Virus record (IMG/VR): IMGVR_UViG_3300014720_000109
Span: 1-32,729 of that record
Reading direction: 5' to 3' (one strand)
Source: a virus
Taxonomy: Duplodnaviria > Caudoviricetes
DNA length: 32,729 nt
The notes beneath the pieces were generated by a model. It saw nothing but the letters and a program-made list of their open reading frames with translations, did not search any database and was not told where the DNA came from. This document shows, piece by piece, positions 9,470 to 17,842 of this stretch (positions within the stretch are counted from its first letter, which is position 1; every line of letters begins with the position of its first letter). The position numbers and the translations under genes are program-made.

Positions 9470-9829
9470 TTGAGTGCCGACAAGTTAGTTTCGGTTTTTT
9501 TTGAAGATCTTGAGACTTCGATAGCCTGTATGTCTGGCTCTCTAACAGATTCTATCGTTCACCCACAAAAACGTTCAAAACTAGCAACTTATCTATTTAA
9601 AACAACAATTGTTGGATTGTTTCTTGCGACTTTTATAAGTCCAGCGATAGCAGAAAAATTTAAACTCACAAGAAATGAGGCCATAGCAACCTCATTTATT
9701 TGCGGATACGCAGGCATAAAATTATTAAACTCTGCAGAAAAATTATTAGAAGCAGAGATTAAAAGACGAATCAGTAAAAATCAAGTTAGATCAACTGATT
9801 CTTCAAACTCCTCGGACAATTCAGTTTGA
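9470..9829 (+). CDS. Putative holin-like membrane protein
   Basis: Hydrophobic segments TTIVGLFLATFISPAIA and AIATSFICGYAGIKLL, charged C-terminus; TTG start (ATG at 9530 is an alternative). Confidence 0.5.
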   Translation: MSADKLVSVFFEDLETSIACMSGSLTDSIVHPQKRSKLATYLFKTTIVGLFLATFISPAIAEKFKLTRNEAIATSFICGYAGIKLLNSAEKLLEAEIKRRISKNQVRSTDSSNSSDNSV

Positions 9830-9927
9830 GAATCTGCTGTAGAAACTTCAACAGGTTTTTCAATAACAGGTTCTTGCTGACTGTCGTTTAAATTAGGTTT
9901 GCGACGTAAATAACCTAAAGCACGCAT
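9781..9927 (-). CDS. Small hypothetical protein, 48 aa (not in ORF track)
   Basis: MRALGYLRRKPNLNDSQQEPVIEKPVEVSTADSQTELSEEFEESVDLT*, ATG to TGA, filling the gap after the scaffold terminator. Confidence 0.5.
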   Translation of the reverse strand: MRALGYLRRKPNLNDSQQEPVIEKPVEVSTADSQTELSEEFEESVDLT

Positions 9928-9956
9928 AATTAGTTTGCTATTACATGTAGATTAGC

Positions 9957-9985
9957 AAAAAAAATCTCCCCCGTTTCCGAGGGAG
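9957..9985 (-). terminator. Rho-independent terminator after the scaffold gene
   Basis: On the - strand CTCCCTCG-GAAA-CGGGGGAG-ATTTTTTTT: 8-bp stem with one G-U pair, GNRA loop and U-tract. Confidence 0.85.
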
Positions 9986-10005
9986 CTTATTAAATCTTGA
10001 CTAAA

Positions 10006-10938
10006 TTAAGCAGCGTCCATAAATAAGAGCTTACTGCGAAGCGCCTCCGGACCCATCTGACTTAAATAACGCCAAGCGTTTTCGGGAGAACGATTCATAA
10101 CTTCGCTAAAAGCTTCCCATTGTTGTTGAGGAACTACGCCCTGAGCACCACCGGCATTAGCAGGAGGAGCAGGCATGTCGTAGCGAGGTTGATAAGCTTG
10201 TGCTGCTGTTTGACTACCAGCAGGCACGTCAGAATCAATGTCTACAGGGACGACCTCAGTAAAGAACCGATCAGTGTAATTAGCTAGATGATCGGGATTT
10301 GTGAGGATGGTCTCCATGGCATTATGGCGCTCAGTAAGAGAATCCATACGCCCGGCTTGATCCATCAGCATGTCCTCGAGAGCACATGCATACTGATTTA
10401 AAATTCCAGGTGCTTCAATACCGAAGTGATTAACGACGGCTTGAGTTGCGACGCTTAGACCTTGGGGACCGTTGGACGGGTCCGTAGAAGTCTGCGAGGA
10501 ATTCTGGGTTTGTAAGACGTTGGTAGGCAATGTCTGCGCTACCTGCTGTGCCTGGTAAGCCCAGGGTTGGACCTGTGAACTCAGATTGCTCTGTTGAGTA
10601 ACCTGTTGCTGAGCCGCCTGGTAAGGCGACTGTTGACCCTGGCTGGGGGACGGAGTATTGATCTGGGATAAAACCCGTTCCAGCGAACCCATCGCTGCTT
10701 CCCACGGATTGTTGGGGGAGAACTGCGACGTTGACGGGCTGAACTGGTTGTTGGTAGAAGGGACCGTAGCCTGTGTTGCCTGCGATGGCGGTTGGGCTGT
10801 AGGTACCGAAGCTACCGCCGGGGTAGAGGTTTGCGCCACCCACTGTGGGTAGGCGGTTGAGCCCTGGTCTGAGGTTACCGTCGGGGCTACCGCCGGGGAG
10901 ACCGGGCTCGGGATTGAAGCTTGGATCTGCTGGCTCAT
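10006..10938 (-). CDS. Putative capsid scaffolding protein
   Basis: 310 aa; S/T/Q/P-rich disordered N-half, helical middle and C-terminal domain; lies between portal and MCP and is followed by a terminator. Confidence 0.65.
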   Translation of the reverse strand: MSQQIQASIPSPVSPAVAPTVTSDQGSTAYPQWVAQTSTPAVASVPTAQPPSQATQATVPSTNNQFSPSTSQFSPNNPWEAAMGSLERVLSQINTPSPSQGQQSPYQAAQQQVTQQSNLSSQVQPWAYQAQQVAQTLPTNVLQTQNSSQTSTDPSNGPQGLSVATQAVVNHFGIEAPGILNQYACALEDMLMDQAGRMDSLTERHNAMETILTNPDHLANYTDRFFTEVVPVDIDSDVPAGSQTAAQAYQPRYDMPAPPANAGGAQGVVPQQQWEAFSEVMNRSPENAWRYLSQMGPEALRSKLLFMDAA

Positions 10939-12664
10939 AGCTACCCGAGTAGGTTAATTCTTCCGCGAGGTGGTCGAATGTTCTATATAAGAGCGGAGTG
11001 ATATTCAGTCTAGGGTCTGCCGCAAGCGGTTGGTTAGGCGCAAGCGGATGAGGAGACTGCAACATCTGAGTTAATAATACCAGAAATTGTTGCATCGCAG
11101 ATTGTGTTTGTTGCACCATGCGGAAGGGAAATCCCTTCAACATTTCTGCTCGTTCAGAATCAGTTTTTTCAGGGAATAAAAACTTTAATGCTTCAATACT
11201 ATCGACGCCTAATTCCTGTAAATTACGAACAACAATAGATTTCTGGTTAACGTCATAAGCTGTGTCCTCGTAAACATCTCCTTGAAAACGATACGAAACA
11301 GTCCTATCTCCATCTTCAGGTAAACCGATAACTCCACGAGGAACTTTATTTTCAGTCAGAGCAATCTGAACTGTCTGATTAAGTTTTGTTTCAAAACGTA
11401 AATTTGCAGTCTGAAACTTATCAATTGTTTCTGGTGTCTGCTCTAAAGGAGGCTTAGGTTGTTTTAAACCGCTTGCGGCTATAAATGACTCTCTAAAAAT
11501 AGTTTCTTGGTGATAAATCATCATTTCCAAAAGACGATTAAAACCGTAATCAAGAAAAGATTTATTTTTTCGAAGAGCCGTGGCTTGAGCACGACCCATC
11601 AAACCTTTAACTTCGGTAGCTGTAGCACCAGCTGAAATTGAAATTTCATCAACACCGCCTAAAGCAGTTCGTATTTCTTCACGAAGAAGTAAGGAATACC
11701 GATTCATATCTCCATTTACAGGATCTGGGGTCATATAACCAACGCGATCCGAAGGCTCGACGTTGGCAATAATCCGAGGTACGCGCAAACCACCGCCCAT
11801 AGAAGAACCAAACGGTTCACTAACTCGTGTAGAAGGGCTATCTACACCAGCAAAACCACTTTGACTACTAATAGTTGGTCTAAAAGTAGTCTGGCTATCA
11901 CTTGCTTCAACTAAATCGCTGCGAGGACGTGAACTAATTAACGTTGGATTACCAAAAAATTCAATATTTTTTGCAATATTACGTTGAAGTGCATCATGAA
12001 GCACTATTTGCTCCATAAAAGGATCAAACTCACCTTCGCCCTCAGTCCCACTAGCGTTTGGCTTGTTTAAAACTTCTACAGCAGGAATAAAACCTAAATT
12101 ATTAGGACGTTTTTTAGCCGGTGTTAAAACAGCACCCGGCTCTAAATCAAAACTTAGTTCAGTATCAGTTTCAACTTCACTTATTTCATCTGCAGTAATA
12201 GATAAACGAACATATCGTTTGTTCTGACCTGTGGTAGTACTAGGTAAGCCTAAATTAGCGTTTTTAACTTTATAACTATAAATAATGATTACTTCGTCAA
12301 CTTCACCGTTTAAATCGTGGTAAACCCTGTATTGATTTTTATTGAAAAAATAAATCTGATATTTTAATTTTGGATCTGGGCGAAAGTAAAACAATCCACA
12401 GCCATCGATCAAAAAATTCCGAATAATTGAAGGAAAACGAATATCTAATTTATTTAATTTAATTACATCCTCTAAAAATCGAGTGCGGCTTTTATAAGTA
12501 TCCTGATCGCAGTAAAAGGTCAGACCCTTCTTAATCATAAGAAGAGTCATCTGCTGTAAATGGCTTAAAACAACCATTGTCGCAGATTGGTTACTTCGAT
12601 CCTGAGTGCGCGAGGCTTCCAGAATCTCGTTAAACCTTTTTCTGGTCTCAGTGCCCGCAGTCAT
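10430..12664 (-). CDS. Portal protein with long C-terminal extension
   Basis: 744 aa between terL and scaffold/MCP; NLGFIPAVEVLNKP...GEGEF, FFGNP and helical stretches are typical of SPP1-type portals. Confidence 0.75.
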   Translation of the reverse strand: MTAGTETRKRFNEILEASRTQDRSNQSATMVVLSHLQQMTLLMIKKGLTFYCDQDTYKSRTRFLEDVIKLNKLDIRFPSIIRNFLIDGCGLFYFRPDPKLKYQIYFFNKNQYRVYHDLNGEVDEVIIIYSYKVKNANLGLPSTTTGQNKRYVRLSITADEISEVETDTELSFDLEPGAVLTPAKKRPNNLGFIPAVEVLNKPNASGTEGEGEFDPFMEQIVLHDALQRNIAKNIEFFGNPTLISSRPRSDLVEASDSQTTFRPTISSQSGFAGVDSPSTRVSEPFGSSMGGGLRVPRIIANVEPSDRVGYMTPDPVNGDMNRYSLLLREEIRTALGGVDEISISAGATATEVKGLMGRAQATALRKNKSFLDYGFNRLLEMMIYHQETIFRESFIAASGLKQPKPPLEQTPETIDKFQTANLRFETKLNQTVQIALTENKVPRGVIGLPEDGDRTVSYRFQGDVYEDTAYDVNQKSIVVRNLQELGVDSIEALKFLFPEKTDSERAEMLKGFPFRMVQQTQSAMQQFLVLLTQMLQSPHPLAPNQPLAADPRLNITPLLYRTFDHLAEELTYSGSYEPADPSFNPEPGLPGGSPDGNLRPGLNRLPTVGGANLYPGGSFGTYSPTAIAGNTGYGPFYQQPVQPVNVAVLPQQSVGSSDGFAGTGFIPDQYSVPQPGSTVALPGGSATGYSTEQSEFTGPTLGLPGTAGSADIAYQRLTNPEFLADFYGPVQRSPRSKRRNSSRR

Positions 12665-12693
12665 TCAACTAAAAACAAAAGTGCTGGACTTAA

Positions 12694-12849
12694 TCACTTT
12701 TTAGCCATTTCTTTGGCTTTACGTGCTTTTGCCAGAGCGCGTTTACGAGTATTTCCTCGCTCTGACTTTTTATCGTCAGATTTTTCTTCTTTTTTCTCCC
12801 CCATTTTCTTAAACTTCTCTAAAAGCTCAGGAGGCATTTTGTCAGCCAT
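12694..12849 (-). CDS. Small Lys-rich protein, 51 aa (not in ORF track)
   Basis: MADKMPPELLEKFKKMGEKKEEKSDDKKSERGNTRKRALAKARKAKEMAKK*; start overlaps the upstream stop and the ORF fills the gap to the portal gene. Confidence 0.7.
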   Translation of the reverse strand: MADKMPPELLEKFKKMGEKKEEKSDDKKSERGNTRKRALAKARKAKEMAKK

Positions 12850-13654
12850 CGGGAAGTAAATACTTTTTGACTCTTTCCAGTTTAACTGCTTCCTGCGGTA
12901 AATCTTCGACTGGATACGGTGTCAGAATATGATCTTGGCGACCAAGCATATCAGTCATACCTTCTTGAGGTTTAAAAGTATCACAAATACTCTGCACTTC
13001 TGGAGTATCCCAAATATAAAACTCGGCAATAGATCTTAATTTTTGTTTACGCGTTTGAGTATCTCCCATCCAGCTTAAATGCCAACCACCATCTCTAATC
13101 CCGACAAATGTACGGTCGGGCTGAGCACGAACTGCTGTAATAGAACCTAGTTGATTTAGCTTGCCGACAGAGCAAACAGTTGCACAAGGCCACTGAAATA
13201 ACTCCCCTGTAGGAGAACAAAGCTGTAAATCAGCACGACCATAGTGCATGGACATTTTCAAACCATAAATTTGATCTGGATTTTCCTTTAGTTGTTTAAT
13301 TAAAAAATTAAATTTATCTGGATTAGGTATTTCATCACAATCAGAACATATAAAAATAGTGTCGGCGGGAAAGTGCTTTAAATATTGTCCTAAAGCATCT
13401 CGTTGACCGCGTTCACGAACCCACGGATCACTCGCCTCTTCAACAGATGGGAGACGAACGTGAACAACTTCAATAAAATCAGAGGGTAACCCAAGTTCTC
13501 TAATTACTTCTTCGCACTTATATGATTTAGATTCACCCCTGTGTGTTCGATCAGCTTCTGCGATTAAGAATCCATCAACGTGATCTTTTAAAACACTTAT
13601 ACGAAGCTCAAGGAGCTCACGCTCATTGAAATACGGAAAGCAATCAATCAACAT
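12842..13654 (-). CDS. GT17-like glycosyltransferase (MGAT3/Glyco_transf_17-like), copy 2
   Basis: DCFPYFNERELLELR...VDGFLIAE...THRG..K, QRDAL, SDCDEIP (DxD), GWHLSWMG. Confidence 0.75.
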   Translation of the reverse strand: MLIDCFPYFNERELLELRISVLKDHVDGFLIAEADRTHRGESKSYKCEEVIRELGLPSDFIEVVHVRLPSVEEASDPWVRERGQRDALGQYLKHFPADTIFICSDCDEIPNPDKFNFLIKQLKENPDQIYGLKMSMHYGRADLQLCSPTGELFQWPCATVCSVGKLNQLGSITAVRAQPDRTFVGIRDGGWHLSWMGDTQTRKQKLRSIAEFYIWDTPEVQSICDTFKPQEGMTDMLGRQDHILTPYPVEDLPQEAVKLERVKKYLLPDG

Positions 13655-14456
13655 CGTCAGGAAGCAGATAATTTTTTACGCGATCAAGGTCAAACAACTT
13701 TTCTGGTAATAAATCCAACGGATAAGTTGTAATTAAATGATCGTTACGTCCGAGCATATCTACGTCGCCTGGTGTCGCTTTAAAAGTCTCACAAATCTTT
13801 TCTACATCGGGTTTATCGGTTTCCCAGTGGGCATAGGACTTAAGTTTTTTAAGGCGACGAGTAGAGTCACCCATCCAGCTAAAATGCCAACCATAATCAC
13901 GATCTCCAACAAACACATTATTTTGGCTAGACCTGAGAGAAGATAATGTATTCTGTTTTTTTAAAAAACCTACAGTACATACGAACGCATTACGCCACTC
14001 AAACAAGGCTCCTTCAGGAGTAATTAGTTGTCGATCAGCGCGGCCATAGTGCATGGACATACTTGGCCGAATTAGAGCATTATTTTTTTCAACTTTATTT
14101 ACTAACAAAGGCAATTGATTTGGATTTACAATCTCGTCACAGTCAGAACAGATAAAAACAGTATCGTCTGGAAGCATATGTAAGCCGACACCTAGAGCAT
14201 CACGTTGCGCTCTTTCACGAATCCACGGGTCGGCTATTTCCTCTACAGAGGGTAGCTCGACATGCAAAACTTGAACTTTTTTGTCACTAATACCAAGTTC
14301 TCTTAGAGTCTCAACACACGTAAAAGGCTTTGGCTCACCACGGTGAGTTCTATCGGCGTCACTAATTAAAAATCCATCGACGTGATCTTCAAGAGTCCGG
14401 ATACGTAACTCAAGAAGTTCCTTCTCGTTAAAGTAAGGAAAGCAGTCAATGATCAC
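13644..14456 (-). CDS. GT17-like glycosyltransferase, copy 1
   Basis: Same motifs (DCFPYFNEKELLELR, SDCDEI, GWHFSWMG); same 270-aa length as its neighbour; 11-nt overlap. Confidence 0.75.
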   Translation of the reverse strand: MIIDCFPYFNEKELLELRIRTLEDHVDGFLISDADRTHRGEPKPFTCVETLRELGISDKKVQVLHVELPSVEEIADPWIRERAQRDALGVGLHMLPDDTVFICSDCDEIVNPNQLPLLVNKVEKNNALIRPSMSMHYGRADRQLITPEGALFEWRNAFVCTVGFLKKQNTLSSLRSSQNNVFVGDRDYGWHFSWMGDSTRRLKKLKSYAHWETDKPDVEKICETFKATPGDVDMLGRNDHLITTYPLDLLPEKLFDLDRVKNYLLPDDVD

Positions 14457-14477
14457 AGAAACACTGGTCAGGTGTCA

Positions 14478-14777
14478 CTATGATAGCTGATCTTGACCTA
14501 AATACTTAGCCGCCCGGCGTTTAGCCCGCATCAAAACATTTAAATCTTGATCAGTCGCTTCATTTAAATTATTTTGTGAATATCCGTCTAACTGGGTACT
14601 AGGTCCTTCTGGAGCCTGTGGCTGAGGCTGACCGCGAAGATCTGTTTCGTTATCATTCGTCATATCCGCAAAAGCAGTATCTGATGCTTGGTTAGCGCGA
14701 CGTTGTGCATCCGCAGCAGCGGTTTGCATCTGATACGCTTGAGAAAAATTAAAAGCAGCAGTGTTGTAAGGATTCAT
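14478..14777 (-). CDS. Hypothetical protein (Ala/Gln-rich)
   Basis: 99 aa; start overlaps the upstream stop (TGATG). Confidence 0.6.
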   Translation of the reverse strand: MNPYNTAAFNFSQAYQMQTAAADAQRRANQASDTAFADMTNDNETDLRGQPQPQAPEGPSTQLDGYSQNNLNEATDQDLNVLMRAKRRAAKYLGQDQLS

Positions 14778-15058
14778 CAGTAATAAACAATAACACTGTG
14801 AACGGTGCCGCTGTATATGGCTGTAATAGACATAGGCATAACTGTGTCATTATTTATTCGAGTTAACGGAATTTGTTGACCCGGAGCATCAGTCATTTCT
14901 ACTGTTAGATGCTGATCTTGACCCGCATCAGTCATCATAAAAAAACCACGGGCGGCAGAAAATCTTTTTAATCCACTAGCAGGAATATATGCAAACCCAC
15001 TCGCATAAGGCAGTGTTGACGACTGCCCATAAACAGAACCAAAAGCCCGAACGTCCAT
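14777..15058 (-). CDS. Putative head-spike base protein (Rcc01079-like)
   Basis: 93 aa; ARGFF...LTVEM..G..I.L......VMPMSITAIYSGT...VIVYY resembles the C-terminal pattern of the RcGTA spike-base family as I recall it. Confidence 0.45.
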   Translation of the reverse strand: MDVRAFGSVYGQSSTLPYASGFAYIPASGLKRFSAARGFFMMTDAGQDQHLTVEMTDAPGQQIPLTRINNDTVMPMSITAIYSGTVHSVIVYY

Positions 15059-15079
15059 ACAAATACGGTTTTTTTAATT

Positions 15080-15340
15080 TTAACTGGTCTTTTCGCTAAT
15101 TTCGATCAGCCGTTTTAAGTACCATTCACATTTTTTTAAATCTTCAATACCATTTTTATGTTCTGTTCTCCATAAATACTTCAAGCAAGCACCTCTACAA
15201 TATGCTTTAACTCCTTCTATACCTAGGGCTGATTCAAGTGCATCAATACACTCAATAGGACCTTGCGTATAGTGATTTGGATGATCTATAGAATTTTTTT
15301 TATCGAATTTATCAAGAAAAAAATTATCGGCGCTAACCAT
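15080..15340 (-). CDS. DUF3310 protein (T7 gp1.7-like nucleotide kinase family)
   Basis: IDHPNHYTQGPIECID...GACLKYLWR..HKNGIEDLKKCEWYLKRL is the characteristic family signature. Confidence 0.88.
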   Translation of the reverse strand: MVSADNFFLDKFDKKNSIDHPNHYTQGPIECIDALESALGIEGVKAYCRGACLKYLWRTEHKNGIEDLKKCEWYLKRLIEISEKTS

Positions 15341-15343
15341 GGT

Positions 15344-16273
15344 TTAGAGCTCAAACATTTCGGATAGTTCTAACAGAATCTCATTACTTGTTAACATTTG
15401 TTGGCTGTATTTAGTGTCCAAGTGCTCGATTAAACCGCATTCAGCAATCTGAATACGACCATCTTTCTTAATTAACGGAATCGCACGGCGGTGTTCCTGC
15501 TTTTCACTCAGATTTTCAAACGCAAGCCCCATAGAACTGCGGTCAGCGATAGGCCAACACCTAAATTTCGTCAGTTCAAAACTTTTTATAGGGTCACAGC
15601 TCTCAGAAGTAACATATTTCTCAGCCATCTTCTGATCAAGAATCATCATGCCCATATAAGGATTACCTAAAGAAGCAAAACACACAAAATCTTTGTCAGG
15701 AGTCAAATAAGTCTGAACGTCATAGCCGCGATCACCCCAAACGTTTGGTGTTGTACCGGTAAGTCGCCATTTTTTATGGTTATCAAATGGAATTAATTGG
15801 CCATTTAAATTTTCGTACCTACAAAACCCAGGTTCCAAGTTCAAATAGCTTAGTTTTTCCTTCCAGAACCACCAATAATAAAAATTATCCTCTGTGAAGT
15901 GCATATCATTTTCGGTATATATGTAAAAATCGTAAGCTTTAGCAGAAACAGCCGCAGACAATAACTTTTTGTGGCTCCAGGTTAAACTAAAACCCACATA
16001 TTGAGGATCAGCCACAAGAATCTCGATGTCACAGTCATCAAGATTGGGCTCCAGCAGTTCTTTTAAAATTTCTTTATCCTCGCGGTGCTCGTAATCAATA
16101 AAAATGTAAAAATCTTGTGTTCCAGGAATCTTCGTATATCCCTGCAACGTTTTTAAAAGGGCATCAAAACGAGATAGAGGATCAAATGCAGTCACAGCAA
16201 TAAAAAACTTATACGAAAGAAGTAGTCCGTGAGAAAATTTCCAGTTATCTGAGAAATTTGAGTCGGTCATCAT
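15344..16273 (-). CDS. Putative GT-A-fold glycosyltransferase
   Basis: 309 aa coupled to the terL stop; N-terminal beta strand, YDFYIYTENDM (ExD in the DxD position), late IEHL motif. Confidence 0.5.
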   Translation of the reverse strand: MMTDSNFSDNWKFSHGLLLSYKFFIAVTAFDPLSRFDALLKTLQGYTKIPGTQDFYIFIDYEHREDKEILKELLEPNLDDCDIEILVADPQYVGFSLTWSHKKLLSAAVSAKAYDFYIYTENDMHFTEDNFYYWWFWKEKLSYLNLEPGFCRYENLNGQLIPFDNHKKWRLTGTTPNVWGDRGYDVQTYLTPDKDFVCFASLGNPYMGMMILDQKMAEKYVTSESCDPIKSFELTKFRCWPIADRSSMGLAFENLSEKQEHRRAIPLIKKDGRIQIAECGLIEHLDTKYSQQMLTSNEILLELSEMFEL

Positions 16274-17796
16274 CAGTACTCCATTTGAAAATTACCGCGA
16301 CGCTGTAAAAAACACATTAAATGTGTATACGCATCAAGTAAATCGTCATGCGATGTAGCGCCGATATTTACTAATTGATCAAATAACATATCAAACTTCC
16401 GGTATCTGTTAAAAATTACTTTTTTATTTTCTAATAATCCTAAAGTTCCACGAAAACGCGCAATTTTGTCGCCTCTAAATCCTTTAACTTCGTGGATGTG
16501 AATGTTACCTAAGCCGCGATCATTTAAAAGAATTCTACGTAAATCAGCCGCTAAAGAAGCTTGGTAAGCCACAGACTCAACTACTAATGTACATGTAGAA
16601 TAAGTTGGAAAAAACTGACCTGACGAATCTTCTAATAATATCCCCCACTCAACCAGCATCTTACACAGTAAGTCTATTTTCTCAAGATTACCTATAGAAC
16701 GAACTTGATGAGCATCAACTATATAGTACTTATCTTGCAATCGTCCTCCGAGTACAAACGCAGTGTAATCAGAAGTTTCATTTTTACTAGCAGATAAATC
16801 AACACCTACAGCTAATGAATCAAACTCTGTAACTACATCACCTTTAATCAACAAATCTGGAGAAAGAACTAGATCTGATGTCATAACAGGCTGTTGCTGA
16901 TACTGGAAAGCAAAAGCAACAGGATCTAATTCTTTTTGACCTAGCAAATAATCAACACTCCATTGTTCAGGCCAATAACTTTCTGGTTCTCCGTTATTGT
17001 CATAAGTCAAAGCTTCTTGAGTTACTTGTTTCCATCCTTTATTAGGCACAAACATTGTTTTATGAATGTCTAGTGGATGAAATCGAGTGCCTAAGCAAAT
17101 TGAACGACCACCTTCAAAAATAATAGGAGCAATAACAGAACTCCAATTATTATTCATCTCTTCTCTAATAGCAGGATTTTTAATATCAGTGCTGGATTTT
17201 ATAGGGTCATCTACAATAACTAAATGAGCTCGTTTTGATGTAATAGAACCTCTAAGTCCTGCAGCACGTAATGTAAATTCTTCGTCACCAAGACGACTTA
17301 TGCCAGCATAGTCAAAATCGATAGACCAACCAATATCTGACTGCATACCAGATCGCAACTGAACTTTAGGAAAAATTTTTTTAAAATTTGAAGACTCGAT
17401 AATTTGTTTAATAATTCGGCTTTTTGGAATAGCCGTAGCGATGTTGTAAGAACAATAAATAATTTGTAATGGGAGCCCAGCCGTGGTATGACGACCGATA
17501 ATCCAAGCAGTAAATAAATTTAAAACGGTGGATTTTGCAGAACCACGGGGGGCCAAGATGTCTAAATTCGGACCAGCAATATCTAATAAATATTTATTAC
17601 TGTTTCCCGTTATTAAATGTTTATGCCACACCAGCATATGCTGTGCTGGGGCTTTATCCATAATTGTACAGAACGTATGAAAATCCTCTGCTGCTCTGGT
17701 AAATATAGTTTCTAACTCAGGAGTTTCACTATCTATAGCTTTAGCAGCTCGTAATTTGAGTGCGCGTCTGTAGGCAAAAGTTTCACGACTAGGCAT
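16273..17796 (-). CDS. terL: Terminase large subunit
   Basis: Walker A LAPRGSAKST, Walker B LVIVDDP, motif III LGTRFH, nuclease motifs GVDLS, SDYTA and HDDLLDA. Confidence 0.93.
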   Translation of the reverse strand: MPSRETFAYRRALKLRAAKAIDSETPELETIFTRAAEDFHTFCTIMDKAPAQHMLVWHKHLITGNSNKYLLDIAGPNLDILAPRGSAKSTVLNLFTAWIIGRHTTAGLPLQIIYCSYNIATAIPKSRIIKQIIESSNFKKIFPKVQLRSGMQSDIGWSIDFDYAGISRLGDEEFTLRAAGLRGSITSKRAHLVIVDDPIKSSTDIKNPAIREEMNNNWSSVIAPIIFEGGRSICLGTRFHPLDIHKTMFVPNKGWKQVTQEALTYDNNGEPESYWPEQWSVDYLLGQKELDPVAFAFQYQQQPVMTSDLVLSPDLLIKGDVVTEFDSLAVGVDLSASKNETSDYTAFVLGGRLQDKYYIVDAHQVRSIGNLEKIDLLCKMLVEWGILLEDSSGQFFPTYSTCTLVVESVAYQASLAADLRRILLNDRGLGNIHIHEVKGFRGDKIARFRGTLGLLENKKVIFNRYRKFDMLFDQLVNIGATSHDDLLDAYTHLMCFLQRRGNFQMEY

Positions 17797-17829
17797 ATAA
17801 ATTAAAACTGTCTGTATACTGGTATCAAG

Positions 17830-17840
17830 ATTCTAACTCT
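17830..17840 (-). promoter_or_regulatory. Candidate late promoter element AGAGTTAGAAT
   Basis: In the 46-nt divergent spacer, about 34 nt upstream of terL; 10/11 match to the element upstream of the MCP. Confidence 0.45.
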
Positions 17841-17842
17841 AA

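Noticed and set aside
7382-17796. Introns, inteins or stop-codon reassignment in terL, portal or MCP
   Set aside because: Genes are uninterrupted and of plausible length in the standard code, and all three stop codons are used as gene ends in the window.
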